Shown: piece after piece, positions 36,010-49,900 of the stretch
Position numbering within the stretch: the first letter of the stretch is position 1
How the letters are laid out: every line of letters begins with the position of its first letter
Origin: Orbicella franksi
Taxonomy: Eukaryota
Reading direction: 5' to 3'
NCBI GenBank assembly: GCA_964199315.1
Contig: OZ116706.1
Location: 9,300,001-9,364,000, forward strand
DNA length: 64,000 nucleotides
The notes under the pieces: model-generated
The model's database searches: none
The model's input: only the letters and a program-made list of their open reading frames with translations
Told to the model about the DNA's origin: nothing
Program-made: the position numbers and the translations under genes

Positions 36010-37420
36010 ATTACTGTTAAGCATTTATGTCTGATGGCGTAATTTCCCACACTACGAATTAACAATGACCGTTTTCACACTAGAGACGGCAAATCTCCTG
36101 GGCGGACACAGTCGCCTTAGTGTGAAAACGGGACGAAGAAAATTTTGGACGTAAAAGTCGTGTCAATTTGTCCATCGATTTGTCTGTCTGTTAAAATGAT
36201 TTGCGAGGTCCAGTTGCTCCTCTAGATGAGCAAATCATCATGGGGTTCAGAGCCACCTTAAATTTTCGAAGTTTAAGTCTTGGAAAGTACCAGAAACTAT
36301 TTTGAGCCACGTTAAAGTTACATCAGACGAACAAAAGGTTGCATCTCGGTCGCTGTATATTCTAAGGGGAATGAAACTAGCTAATGGAGTGATGGCTTGT
36401 GGGAAAATGCAAATGGCGTGTGAAAAGCTGAAAGCAATCAAGCCTGTTAGTGCCACGACGGTGTATTGTCCGTCTAGATATGAATTAACGATGACCAACA
36501 AGAGGTGAATTATCTCCTAGAATTCCCATTACTTGGCTGCGTCTCGAGAAACTCTTACGCTTCTTTCGTGCTCTCCGCACTTTCCCCGTGCGTGCATCAT
36601 AACTCAGTGATCCATGCTAAAGCATGAATCAGTTGTCCAATAGAAGTATTTGTGCGGGACACAAGATCATCGCACGCATTGTCCCTTGTAAAGCCAGCCA
36701 TCGTTCCGGTTTGGGGGAAGCAAAAATACTCAACAAACAACAGCAATAAAAAAATAACAAGAACAGCATTAACAGTGACTAAACCCCAAATTACACGGTT
36801 GCACAACAGCCTATAGGGGGCTAAGACATGGAAAAAGCGTACGTGTTCAAGTGCACACGTCGAGAGCATTTAGGTCGAGAATTAAGATGGATTTATAACA
36901 CCGACAATATTTATCAGTACTGTCAATTATCGTCATAAACGTATGTCGTAAAGTCATGAAATACCAATAAAAATATCATCATTTTGCGTTTCGGCCGCTT
37001 TAGTTTAGCACCACGAAATACAAATACGTTTGTTGTTGGAAAGGAATACTAGATGTCCAAATTAGATCAATATTAACGCTATATGCTCCTTTTCGTTAAA
37101 ACAGAAACGTAGTTTATTTCACCAAGTCTGGAATTTTTGATCGATTATAAAAGGCTTCTTGACAAGGTGTTGAACAAACTACAACAATCACCCAAAAATC
37201 TGGATTAGTATAAATTTGTTTTCAGACGCATTAGTATCTTAATAGTTCTAAATCATAAATGAGGATGTGCTTCAGATTGCATTCGTTCCAGCGCTATAAA
37301 ATTGACTCTATGCCGTAGTGAAACGGTCGAAGGCGTCTGCGAGTTTTGAAACACTTTCTGAGTTTCTAATGAAATTGGCATGTGCCGATCGCCATCTTTT
37401 CAATACAAAATATAGGTCAA

Positions 37421-37572
37421 TTACGTAGTTTTCAGTTGAGGGTCGAAAGTAATCAGGCAATTACTTTGGTTTTGGTTTTGGTTTTACTACGGTTTGAGAT
37501 TGGCTAAGTAGTCTAATTGGTAAGTAACTGGTTTGGATTTGGTTTTACGACACTCAGTTGAAAACCGCTCTA
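37421..37572. mobile_element. About 150-bp MITE
   Basis: Inverted ends gttttcagttgagggtcg ... cgacactcagttgaaaaccgctcta with (GGTTTT)n inside. Confidence 0.6.
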
Positions 37573-40500
37573 TCACTACCGTTAACTGATTCAACTCCTT
37601 CTGAAGTTTACCGTGGAAGCAAAGACATGTATGATAGACAAAATAGATCACGTCACGTTTTGTTTGGTTCCATGCCCAAAACACATCAGGGTCCATCAGC
37701 GTACTCAAGCACGGATGACGTCATCTCGTGACACAACCCTACATGCACTAGATATTTCTATGATAATATTTGTTATTTTCCTTAGAACAAAGTTCTAGAA
37801 TCTTATCCGCAAAATTGTAATCAACCTATTGTTTATCCTTTGTTCTCAATACAGTGACGCTATGTCAGCTAAGTTGAAAGTCTTTGATTAAATAAAAATA
37901 AAAAAATTAAAACGACAGAACAAGTTCAATTGCATGGGAAAGACATCGTGTTTCCACTTTGTTTGTTTGTTGAATCCATCAGATCGTAGGAATCATTCAA
38001 AGAGGTGATAGTTCTGTAAATGGAGTAAAGTTAACCTTGTTTGCTAGAAAAATTATTGACCAAGTATGAAATCTTTCTTGTCAGAGATCATTTTTTAAAG
38101 CAAATGAGTGTAATTCTGTGGCGATATTCACTTTTGCTATAATTGTAAAGGATACTTCTTTTTTTCCGTTTGTTGTTTCTTTATCTATGAAAAGAATGTT
38201 CTCAACAGAGGACCAAAGCAGCAGGAGTCGTGTGTTCAGTAGTTTCCCACCGGAATACCGTTACTTGTCGAATTTTCCTTTCTTATCCAATGCACAATTG
38301 GTCAACAAGAAAATGACAATAAAAAAAGGAAAAAAGACACATCTTACAGAAGGTAAATGACATGGGATCAGAGTTCAAAGCAACACTGTCATGTTGTGGA
38401 ACCGCCTTCATTGAACCCTAGGTTGTGGGAAAATCAAAGAGGTAAAAATAAATGTGTTTGTTATAGGATGGCTACGACAAAAGCGTTGTTTATCGATCGC
38501 ATTAATTGAATGCTTTGCCGCGTTCTTTTCTCTTACCATTCGTTCTTTATTTGAGACTAATAAACATCATCCGAGTTATGTGCCTCTCTCAAGCGTACAT
38601 TGAGACAGGAATGCCTGTATGTCGACGAAACGCATATCCATATGTAAGAGACGCAATCATATTTACCGCCCTAATTTATCAAGAGTTGATGCACAACAAG
38701 CTTTATTCGCCTGAAGTATCATCATCTTCGTCATCATCACTCAGTCGTTTGCGCGGAATGCGCCTTCGAAAGCCTCGACGGATTTTTCTCTAGCGTTTCT
38801 GCCCATGCAACCCGCTTCCACTGACGTGGACCTAGCCTGGATTATAGAGGCCGCCACCAACGAATAAGGATGGACGTGCATGCCTTTCACTTGAATGCAC
38901 TCTTGCATGGGTAAGTACAGTGAACGACAAATATCAATAATGTACTTTAGTCGATGAAAACAATATTTATCATTTGTAAATTATATAAAATATAAAGCGG
39001 AAACAATTTTTAACCCAGATGAGAAATGATACAGGAACACGAAAGCGGAATTGCATTAAAGAGAAAATGTTGAAATTCGCCTGCCGATACATGTATTTAA
39101 GCAGGAAGGAATGTGGGCGTTTGTTGCTTCCAGTTACAGGCTTGGTAAAGATAATGAATGGAAGGAAACTGCCAGCTTAAATCGTGCATAAAAACAATCT
39201 GATCCTTCTGACAGGAAACACCACCATTTATCGCATCACGGATTTGGTTTTTCCTGCCTCCGTCGGAAGATATGTCCTTCACCTTAGCTATTTTGAAAAA
39301 TGTATGACTATCAAAAAGAGCCATCATGTATCTGGTTACTGAGGTAGATCACGAATGCAGGAATGTATAGCTGTATAGTCAGATTAATTGACCAACGGCA
39401 GATCTTTCAAAGCAATTAAGCTGTTTAAGGTTTTAGAAGGAAAATAAATCCAAGACTTTATTAATAAAAATTACAGCAAGGAAAAAAGTTTCTTAAAAAA
39501 ACTATTCCCTTTATAAAAGTTAAAGCATTCTTCTCAATTTGTTGTGCATGTTTTGCTGAAACACGATATGTCCCAAAACGTCTTTTGACAATACCAAAAT
39601 CATCTTCAAACCAACTCGCTGATTGGAAGAACGGAAGAGTGTCTTTGCCCATGCGTGCAAAAATGACAACTACTGCTTTTTAAGTCCCGTGGAAGAGAAA
39701 GAAAATGTCTACCTGTCTAATTTACCCGACTTTTTAAAAGTTTAATCTCTGCTAATCTTCTATAATCTATAAGACTTCAAACTTTGTATTGGTCTTGAAA
39801 ACAACTGGTGGGTTATATATATAAAAATTAAGATTGTTTCGTGGATTAAGGTTAGACCGAAATAAGCAATCTAATTCAGGCACACACGCACGATGTCACA
39901 GCAATCTCTTGTCCTGTTCTCAATTAAACCACAACCTTATAATTATGCTCTACAGCAACGAAGATTTTGTTGCTCTTGTTCGTTAAAGCGATCTTCCACA
40001 GCATTGCTAGAACTTCATGAAAATATTCCATTTTGTTGTGTTCTTAGCTTCCGACGCTTCTCACAAAAACTTAATCCCTGATTGAACCTAACCAATGCAA
40101 TTAACGTAAGCTTCATCCTGAATGTTAAATATTTCTATTACCCTTTTTACTAAACTGAGCTAAACATCAATTAATCAATTAATGTGGTTCTTACTGTGAA
40201 GTTTCGGGACTATACTCAAACGTGTCATCAAACAACAGAAGAGTATCTAGAAGCGTTGCGTGTTTTGCAATATTTCAATGATATTCCTCAGTGATTTCAG
40301 TTTCAACTTTGGTGCACTTAAGGGAGAAAGGGTCAAACGTTTCAGGTATGAGAAACAACCTTTTTTAGCATCAAAACAGCGCAGGAAATCGCGTTTAAGA
40401 GAATTTAAGACACTGATTTGTAAGGAACGTGCAAATCTTCCAAACTAGAGCCAGAACTGATGGCAAAAATGAGAAAATTTGTGTGTTAAAAGGATTTTTA

Positions 40501-40911
40501 AAGCGATTAATTTTGTAAATTTAGTCCCAATTCCGTTCGGAATCCGGTCATGTTTCATAAATAAACGCCTAATTCGGCGGTATTGCGAAGATTCGCTAAA
40601 CTCCACTCTTAACAATACGAAAAGTAGAGGGTTTTTATGTTAATGAGTTAAATTAATGGAGATAAAATTCAAAGGTCGAAGAACTTGGGAGCCACCAGAA
40701 AGTTATCAACTTTAGTCTAAATATTGAACACTTGTTTTTCACTTTCCTGTCGAGACGACGTCAAAGATGAAGGATTGTACACGTTTTCCGATGGGAAAGT
40801 TTTCTGCACAGTAGACTAATTAATTTTTCGAAACTTCCTTTCAACAGAGAGTTTATACGTATGTATAATTGAATTTACAGTTTATGAGTAATAACGAAGA
40901 GGCAAGATTTG

Positions 40912-40951
40912 CTGTTACTCCGAGTTTCGTGCTTACGCACTCATCAGACAG
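40912..40951 (-). ncRNA. Mirror copy of the minimal hammerhead ribozyme
   Basis: Exact reverse complement of 41295-41334. Confidence 0.8.
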
Positions 40952-41294
40952 TATTTAATGATAAGCATTCCTATCAACTAGATATATATACACGGTATTA
41001 AACAATAGGCTAATTGCTGGACTAGTTGCATTACAATAAGTGATAGTTATACTGGAAAACAATAGGTGTGAAGACAGAAATTACGGGGACGAGTATAAAC
41101 TGCGTGGGTGCAGTACAGTTCTTTATATTGTACTGCACCCACGCAGTTTATACTCGTCCCCGTAATTTCTGTCTTCACACCTATTGTTTTCCAGTATAAC
41201 TATCACTTATTGTAATGCAACTAGTCCAGCAATTAGCCTATTGTTTAATACCGTGTATATATATCTAGTTGATAGGAATGCTTATCATTAAATA

Positions 41295-41334
41295 CTGTCT
41301 GATGAGTGCGTAAGCACGAAACTCGGAGTAACAG
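41295..41334 (+). ncRNA. Minimal type I hammerhead ribozyme
   Basis: CUGU-[CUGAUGA]-GUGC(GUAA)GCAC-[GAAA]-CUC(G)GAG-UA^ACAG. All core nucleotides are present, with 4-bp stem I, 4-bp stem II and a near-palindromic short stem III; cleavage predicted after 41330. Confidence 0.8.
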
Positions 41335-43309
41335 CAAATCTTGCCTCTTCGTTATTACTCATATACTCAGCTCTACACTATATGTGTATTGAGCACTATT
41401 TTAATGGGATCTGCTACTTCCTCATATGGTGAATTTACAGTTTATATAGGCATGTGTATCCACTGAGATTGTCTCCAGATCGTTTGGAAAGTTATCTCGT
41501 GCACTGAACGTTCAACTTAGAAATTTATGGAAAATATTAACGGGTATGGAAACCTCAGCTTCGTGGTTCAAGTTCTTGACAAAAAGAACAAGAAACCAAG
41601 GTCGTACACCATGTTTCAAACAGAAGGAGCAATAACAACTGCAAAGAAAAACAAGAAAAAGGAATTCGACTTTGCAACCCGGTAATAGGTACATGTTGAG
41701 TTGAAACGTAGCTATCTGCAACTCACAGATTAATGAAGTGCTGAGTGCAATGACTCTGCATTGCCCTTTTATAGCTACTGTAGTCTCGATTAATTTTCCT
41801 AATGAATGATATTATCAGTTTGCAACACAAGGCTGGATTTGAGTTTAAAAAAAAAACCTGCTTCAACTGTCGGTTTTTAGCTCTCAAAACCAAGTATTAT
41901 CATTAGCGCTTAACGTGGGTAAAGGGTAAATTCCTGTCAGTAAAAACCGCACAGCAAAATGCTTACGCCGCCTTGACTGCCAATGAAATTCAGATAAGAA
42001 GAAAAATTACACTACTCATGTTGTGTTAATGCTTAACATTAGTGTATAGTAAGTGCAATACAGACAGGTCTTTATTTAAAGGTAACGCCATAGTCTCTTC
42101 CCCTATCACTAGAAAAAAAAAACTATCAGTAAAAGCAACCGTTATACGCCTTCTTTTTCCGTTTCCGACTAAACTAATCTTCTCAGCCGTAGCCGATAAA
42201 GAATTTTGTATCCAATTTATGAAGAACTTTAACCCTTTAAACTCCCACGAACGGTCCAAGTTTAAAATTGACATTCGGAGCAGACTTCCCATTCCAACGC
42301 CGGCGTTGGAACATAAACAACATCACACGAAGGCCATTTTACCGTTGACCGCTGATCTCAGAAACAAAACTTGCGCCCGACACAATTGCTAGAAAATTTC
42401 AGGGTTTGACAAAACTGCTGGTTTGTTTTTTAAATTCTGAAAGTATTATAAAATTTGTAAGTATGAACGTCTTCTTGGGCGACGTATTAAGTATTTAAAA
42501 CTTGTTTTACACACACTCAGAGAAGCTAGGGTAAATTTAAAACGGAAGTGAATTCTATCACGAAGTTATATCATGTAAATATTTGGCAGCTTACTTCTTC
42601 AAAATACCATTGGGTTGCTTCTGTGTAATTGAACAATTAACAGGAAACCTTTAAGTAGGACCTGTTAAAATAATAAATCTGAGACTACTTGACGACTGAT
42701 AAGAACTATTCTCCATGACGTTTGACCTAACAATTTACTCTTATTTGACGCGACGGTTGATGGCTAACCACATTATCGCCTTCACTAGTTATCACTATAT
42801 ATATAGCGAATTTTGTGATTTATTAATAACCAGTCATCTTCTATCATTCGTATTCTCATATTGCGCTGTAATCAAATTTGGTATTGTTAATTCAATTTTA
42901 ACATGATAGAATGTTACAAGAATTAATTCTCGCGAATTCGCGAGCTGAGATTTGTCATATCTCCCAATAGCTCGAGTGAACGGTCGTTTCTGTTGGATTT
43001 GCCTCAATCCAATACTATTTTACCTGTGATTTCTCGAACCCCCGATAACTCGAAAAAACTTTCCCGTGGGAAAAAATCGACCCTCGATAACTCGAACCTT
43101 CCAAAATTTGGTACCTGTTGATCCTGAGGTTGTGCAAGTTCTCTATTTCCATTACATAGCAAACGATAAATCTGAAGAGAAGAGTTTTTGGGTTCAAAAG
43201 AGGCACAACACAGTGTTATTACATGGACTGAAATACAGTTCAGAGTTGGGTCGATTTATCGTCGGTATCCTTTGGATACCTATCTGCCGAATTGGCTGAA
43301 CATCGCCAT

Positions 43310-43945
43310 CCACAAAAAACAGGCTTCAATAGCATTTCACAAACATTAACGTGTCTGCTTTAATTAGTTGGGACAAATTTCTGACATTGTAGAGAAGAGG
43401 TCTCGGTTGAAAAGAGGCAAGGGCATATCCATACCCGCTATTTAATTAATTTGAGAGTACATTGTTTTTATGTATATACAAAAGATATTTTGTTTTTATG
43501 TGGATTGAAATGTTGTTGAGAGTTGGGTGGATTTACCACCTGCATCCCTAGCATTCTGCTCTAATAATTTGGACTCCTTTTTTTGTAATACGTTTTGTCT
43601 GAGAATGAAGATCTGCATCTAAAACAAACAGGCTTTCACAGCATTTCACGAAAATTAACGAGTCTGCTTTAATTGTTCTTGAAATATTTTAGACATTGAA
43701 GAGAAAGGTTTCTTGGTCAAAAAAAATGTAAGAGCGTATCCACAGTTGTAACTTCAATTTATACAGTAGTGCTTTTATGGCTTGAAATGCTGTTGAGAGC
43801 TGTGCAAATTCAGCGCCTGCCATGTATCCTTCGGGATCTGTTCTGTCGATTTGGCCTGCATTTCACCAATTTTGTCTCAGAATGGACGCTTTTACTAAAT
43901 TTCACGAAAATAAATGTGCCTGCTTTAATTAGTCGTGACAAAAGA
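43310..43945 (+). repeat. Degenerate tandem repeat of about 305 bp (2-3 copies)
   Basis: catttcac...attaacg.gtctgctttaatt recurs at about 43335, 43640 and 43900. Confidence 0.7.
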
Positions 43946-46900
43946 GTACCTCAACAGTTTAGCTTTCTTCGAAGCTTCCTTGGATATTCCGTGTTCCCGA
44001 TTTCTCGGAACTAATATGCGATTCCTTTGGGGGTTAGATAAATCGACAGTATTATTCTAATTTTTGACATCATTATATCTTGCTTGCTCACAAAGAATAC
44101 AAAATACGTTCCAATTCATTTTGCGCGAACGAATCCTATTCATTTCCTTGTAACATAAAAAATCTAAGAAGGCAACTTGACAAGTTTGGCAGGGTGCTTG
44201 AGCGGTATCTAGTATGCACCTGATAAAATATTGTGAATTTTTCAAAACACCAGTGGAAATACTTTGCAACACTGAAAACAAGGTAACTTGAAAATCGAAT
44301 ATCAAGCTACGAATCTGTATAATGCAAATTGTCTTTAGTAATCTCAATGTCTCTTTGCACGCTCTTCGGGTATCAAACTTGCGAAGAAGTACTTGCTTCT
44401 GATTTGTGTGAGCAAACTAAATCCATGCAACATCGAGTGACGACTGCCAGAATGAAGTAGTCGTCTTGTCTAAGTACCTTGATTGCTGTTATATTTTCTC
44501 CTCGTTCAGCAAGGACTGACGACTAGTTCTATTTCCTTGTAGGGTTAGGGTTAGGGTTTTTCTTTTCTTTTACCTCGTCTTCACTTTATTTTTAAATGAA
44601 CGTTCCCGTGAACTGCATTGTGCATCATGAATGTGCATGTCTAAAGACTGCAACGAAGTTTAGAGCAGAGCAGCGGACGTTTTACTAGTTACAGCCAAAG
44701 TATTGAGTAATATTTACATTTGGGCAAAAAAAACCCATCATTAATGAATCGAAAAGTTCGGGTTTATGACGCCAAATGACTTTCATGCTCGGTAATTGTG
44801 AAAATTCAAGACAACAAAAGGATGAAACGGGAGTATCCTGATTCAACAGGTGATCAGTTTTTAATTCCTAACTCCTCTTACAAATTCTCTATACTGATCT
44901 ATCTACGAATCCTATAGCACACGTAGGGAGAACTAATTGCATTTCTCCCGTGACTCTCGTGTACTCTGTGTTGACGTTGTGAAGAGAAATTTAATGCTGG
45001 CTACTTTGGGGGCTAAAAAGGTTAAATACTCATTGCCTCCCATTTGATTCTCATACATGTTTATTTACAAATTCTCCATCATCTGTGTGGTAGAAAATGA
45101 AATATTCTGTCATGAATATGAGAAATAGAATAAGATTCTTCTACGTGCTTTCCCGTGAATAACTCTGTCCTAACCACCATCAGGGAGTGCGCGTTTTCCG
45201 TTCGTGTCAAGGCGTCGCAACATTTTAAAAATCGTGAAAATCCACTTTGAGAGATCTCTGAAATCGGATTTGCGTGTAAAGCGGACACTCCCCCCAAGAC
45301 GACGATCTGAAGGTTTCCATCTGCCGCCGGTTGAAGGTGAGCCAAGCTTTGGCTTGTGGCTCACAAAACTATGAAAATAGTCTTGAGTATCACGACACTT
45401 ATCTTTAGAGCAAGTGCAGTGATCCCCTTATGAATTTTAGCCCTATCCTCCCTTGAGTAACCCATACAATTAACGGAAGAAATTGCAAGAAAATTGAAAG
45501 CCTTTTTGAAAGAAACATTTCTGATGGGAACATCCATGAGTCACCCGACCACTTTTCTGCAATTACCAAACAGTCAGCAGTGCCAGTAGTGTGTGTTCCG
45601 TGATAGATTATTATAATACCGTATTAAACATCCCAAGCCAGCTTTATTCTTAGGCACTAGCTGTGTGGAGGTCATGAGAGGTCCATGCGGTACGTTTTTT
45701 GGCTACAGCATAGTTTATTTGCGGATATCTTTCACAAAGACGTAGGGCATTTTCTCTCTTGTACGCTATCTATGCAAGTATACGCAGTGACAATTTAATT
45801 TTAAGAATTTACTGTACTCGTTCCCTCAAACGTTTGTTATCACAGCCGGAGTGCAGATTCTTCAAAGAAAAATCGGATCGGATCAGAGGTTCGTGTTACA
45901 AAAGCTACGAGATACAAAAATGGAACTTTTCACCACTACAACGGGCTCAGCTGCATGCGATATAAAATTATGGGCAATTCATTTGAGAAAAATTCAAAAC
46001 TAAAACGTTAACCTTCATCTAGTTTGCAAATGTATCCAGTGAACCGAAATTAAGTTTGTTTAGATAACTAGAATTAAACTTTAACTAACTGGAACTAGAA
46101 TTGAAGTTTGTTTAACCATCCGGCAAACGGAGTTTTGGGTCTCTCGTGGTTCAATACATTTTAAAAGGGGAACCTCATAATCGTACCAACAATGACACAC
46201 CAACAAGGGAAACCAAAATAGTGCGCTTTAAAAATGAAAAGCTTGTAGTTATAAACTGAAGAAATTACTTCCACGTATTATATTGATCAAATGGGCGTTG
46301 CTCTCGTAAATGGTGTTTCTCCTTGCATAGGGCGAAATTAAATACTGCCATCATTCATTCTAATCTAATACAAAGAGAGAGTCCAAGACAAGGTTCTGTG
46401 CAATAACTTTTCTCACTAATCTCTACGGTTTGTCATATTTCAGTTTGGTATAAGCATGTAGCACTCTATAAATACAGTAAACACTTCCTGTAATTCGTTA
46501 ACTAAACATTTCCTGGGTATGAGTTATGGTACTAGAACCAGCAATAAAATTTACATATTGTCATAGAAATCAGCTAACCAAAAATTAAAATAAAGTCAAT
46601 GGGTGAAAAGATGTTAAATGCTCGTGAGACTCCATTGATTTTCAAAACGCAAAACGCACCTGTGTTATTACGTGATGCCGTGACTGTTTGATTGCTTTAG
46701 TAATCAGCTTATTTAGTCAATCGTAGTTTTCCTCTGAAATCTGGTTAAGATATTCTCAAGCCGTAATAAAAACTATATAATCTCGGAAAAGGGAAACTTT
46801 TAAAATCTGTGTTTGTACGAAAAACAAATTATTGCATCTTTCCTATAAGTTGTGTCTTTTGACATTCTATTGATAAATAGTTCCTTTATCCTCGCGCTGG

Positions 46901-49900
46901 TTGAAACGTTTGAAAATCTTGTCAATGAGATCTCGGTCAGTGGAGTAGAAATATTCACCGACTTCCTTTAATCAAGGAAAGTAACAATTTAAAACAAATA
47001 TAACGTTTAAAAACAATAATTTCAAATATGCTTGACAAAACAGAACGAAAAAAGCGGAAACATATCAAGAATTTTATGGGCATGAGTAACTGCAGTTTAT
47101 AAAAAAACAGAGGCACAAAAGAATTAGCAAGAAAAGAATGAAGTGAAGCTCATTTTTCAATAGTTGTCTACATGTTTGGTATTATGCTCTGTTAAATCTT
47201 TCTTTGGAATAACTCAATTCTTTGGATACTAACAATTTGTTAAATACCTTAGGCTTAAAATGTCTTCACGTAGAGACCAAAAAAATGAGTACTAGCCGAC
47301 GACCTAAATAGGTCGTGTGTGGGCATGCGTCCCCATATTAGCGATGCTGATCTCATTTGTACTTGTTATGTCACGATAAAGTGATTTTCTCATTCTGTCG
47401 TAGTGAATGACCTCCATTTGTCATTTGCGTTTTAGCGGCAAGGGCAAATAACGATAGGTCCTTACATATATGTTCTACTTTTTACGAAGCATAAATTTCG
47501 TGCGATGTTTTCGCGCACGCATTATCGGGCAAGGCGGACTTGGAAATTTGGCGCTTTTGAAACAGCATGTAATAAATGGTTCCATCGCGTGTTCACAAGC
47601 TTGTCGTAGCCCTCCTCGTTCGATGAGCAGCCCGTAATAATCAATCACATAAGAAGGCTCATTAGTAAATAATCTCTTTAAATCCCTGTGTAAACTATGA
47701 TTCGACGAAAACAATACAGCTTCAATGAAAAATAGTGGAATTTCTTGTTGGAAGTTCTGTGCACTGAAAATTTCAGCCTAAAATGCCTGAACAATCAGAA
47801 CAGAATCACCATTCAGTACAAAAGAGCAAGCAAATTAACACGTAGATTTCAACTCAGTATTCTTGCCTATATCCGCAAAAATGCAATACGTTAATCGCTT
47901 TATTAAAATTTAATCTGCAGACTAAGTACCTATTACACCATTATTTGTTTAACACTGAAAACGTCAACCTATCGGCCTTCAAAAAATGTTTGTCCCGCAG
48001 TTTTTGAATCAACAAAAACATACTTTGCCGATTATCTTCCACCTTGATCAGTTTTCTACCAGGAATACGCCGCGTTCCTTTGAGAAAGCCTCGCATGCAG
48101 CACAAACCCTGTCAATCTCCAGTTATAGTCAGCTAAGCGAAAATCGCTTTAAGTCATTTCCATCCGACAGTCCGTATAAATATATGACGATAATACTAAT
48201 ACTCCATAAGCATTATCCTTTCAAAAACACGTTTCCTCTCTTCGTGAAATCACTAGTCTTGTGAAAACAATTTTCTATTTATTTACTACGTTCCTTTCGC
48301 TGTTCGGATTGGTGATTTCTAACTCCGCCTTGCCGTTTTCCATGTGAACTTCAAGCAGTGAGAATTTTCTTTTTTTAGAGAAAAAATGAATGTCTCAAAG
48401 CTATAAAGTAGGCTAGACAGGATTAGTAAAATGCCTTGCAGAGTGACAGAATTAGGCTTTCAAAATGAGCTCACGGAGCAGTTACTTCTGCAATACTAAA
48501 CAAACAACCCATCACGCATATATAACACGGCACAATGACGAGTGACGGACGTGCTTAACTGTGCGGTGCAAAGCCTAAACGGGGACAGTCTAACAGTTCC
48601 CTGGCAGGAGACGGCTAAAGAATAGCTGCCAACGTCAGAAGTTATACATAAAGGAAAGCAAGATAGAAAAAGTCCGTGTCCAACTGAAACAGGTACAACG
48701 TGGCATTTTACTGCTCGTACTTTACTTTACGTAAGACTATTTTAAAGAAAAGAGCGCGCAGACTTGTTGTTTTTCTTGGATTTAACCTATTTGGATATGA
48801 AATCTCAAAGACCAAGCGTAACTAAAATTAAGATCAAAACAACTAGGTCAAATAAACTTCTTCAAGTGAATTAAGAATTTTGATTTCAGAATGTCACAGA
48901 TAAGTAACTGGCAAAACAATAGTTGGATAATTGGGTGGTGAAGAATACGATAAAAAAAAGATTCACTTTTTTACTATCCAAAACGTACAGTAAAATAACA
49001 TCTCTTGTCGATAAGCGTTATTTTTCGCTCGTCCAAAGTTTGAGTCGTCACCAAATGCCGGTGTGTTAGAGTTAACACGCAGACCACTTGAATTCGTTCA
49101 GTGACGTCACTGCTATTAAGTTCTTCAACAAAACACTCTGAAAGAGTCTTCAACGGCTCTGCAGCCATCAAAGCCAAGAAACTATAGAGTCGCTGTGTTC
49201 AGTACTTGTGTTCAACACTTGTCACCTAAACGAAAGTGTTTCTCCAAAGTTTGTATAGTGGAAGAAAACGCCTTAATCTTTTTTAAGCAGCAATATAAAG
49301 AATTACAATAGCGATCTAATGTACTCCAGGCAGCAAGACCGGCAACTAAATCCACTGAAATAACCGACTTCCAATAGCAAGAATATATCATCGGCAGTTT
49401 TTGCTAGAACGCGATCACTTCCTGTTCCTGTTGTTTTTTGAACGTCCTACAAAGAATTGTAGGACGTTAAAAAAAAAAAATAACAGTTTGGACTTTGAAA
49501 CAGTGTGCTGGACATCAGAAAAACAAACCGGATCATTCTTGGTCCCGGCAAAAGTGTTGTTTAATTTTTCACCCCTCGATTGAAGATGATAGGAAAGACC
49601 AAAGAAAAGATCAAAAGCCAACTTTAAATCACTCACTTGTGCAGAAAGATTGGCGTGTAAAGAACATAGCGTGACATGAATATAGGATCACCAAAACGAG
49701 CACGTCCAAAAATACAGTTAAGCGGTTTTTAAAAACTCACTGAAGCTAAGCGGGGATCAACAGTGTTGTGTTTGGCTGAGAACGGAAAAAGATTTGTATT
49801 TCGTGGTTAATGACGTAACTGGACATACTTAGCGTACTACAGAGACTGTGCGTGAGAGTGCTTCTGTAATCCTTCTCTAGGCAAGAACCTCGTTAAAGCG

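Larger units (their letters stand above)
40883..41363. repeat. Perfect inverted repeat with 235-bp arms and 11-nt loop (Penelope-like fold-back)
   Basis: Arms 40883-41117 and 41129-41363 with no mismatch found by eye. Flanking 16-bp direct repeat TGAATTTACAGTTTAT at 40870-40885 and 41430-41445. Confidence 0.93.

Noticed and set aside
36302-36508. ORF with KVASRSLYILRG, faintly like a LINE RT C-terminal region
   Set aside because: A single weak motif; flanking RT motifs are absent.
39097-39700. Protein-like minus-strand ORFs (ASWFEDDFG..., ALFDSHTFF...)
   Set aside because: No family recognised and no consistent exon chain; a BLAST search would be needed.
44540-44558. (TTAGGG)x3 telomere-like repeat
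   Set aside because: Too short to indicate a telomere or fusion site.
45225-45345. FKNR and LPQD words resembling G3 exon 3
   Set aside because: Different frames, non-collinear spacing, no W and no acceptor.
48974-49177. Minus-strand ERIQV resembling helix 3
   Set aside because: No other homeodomain residues around it.
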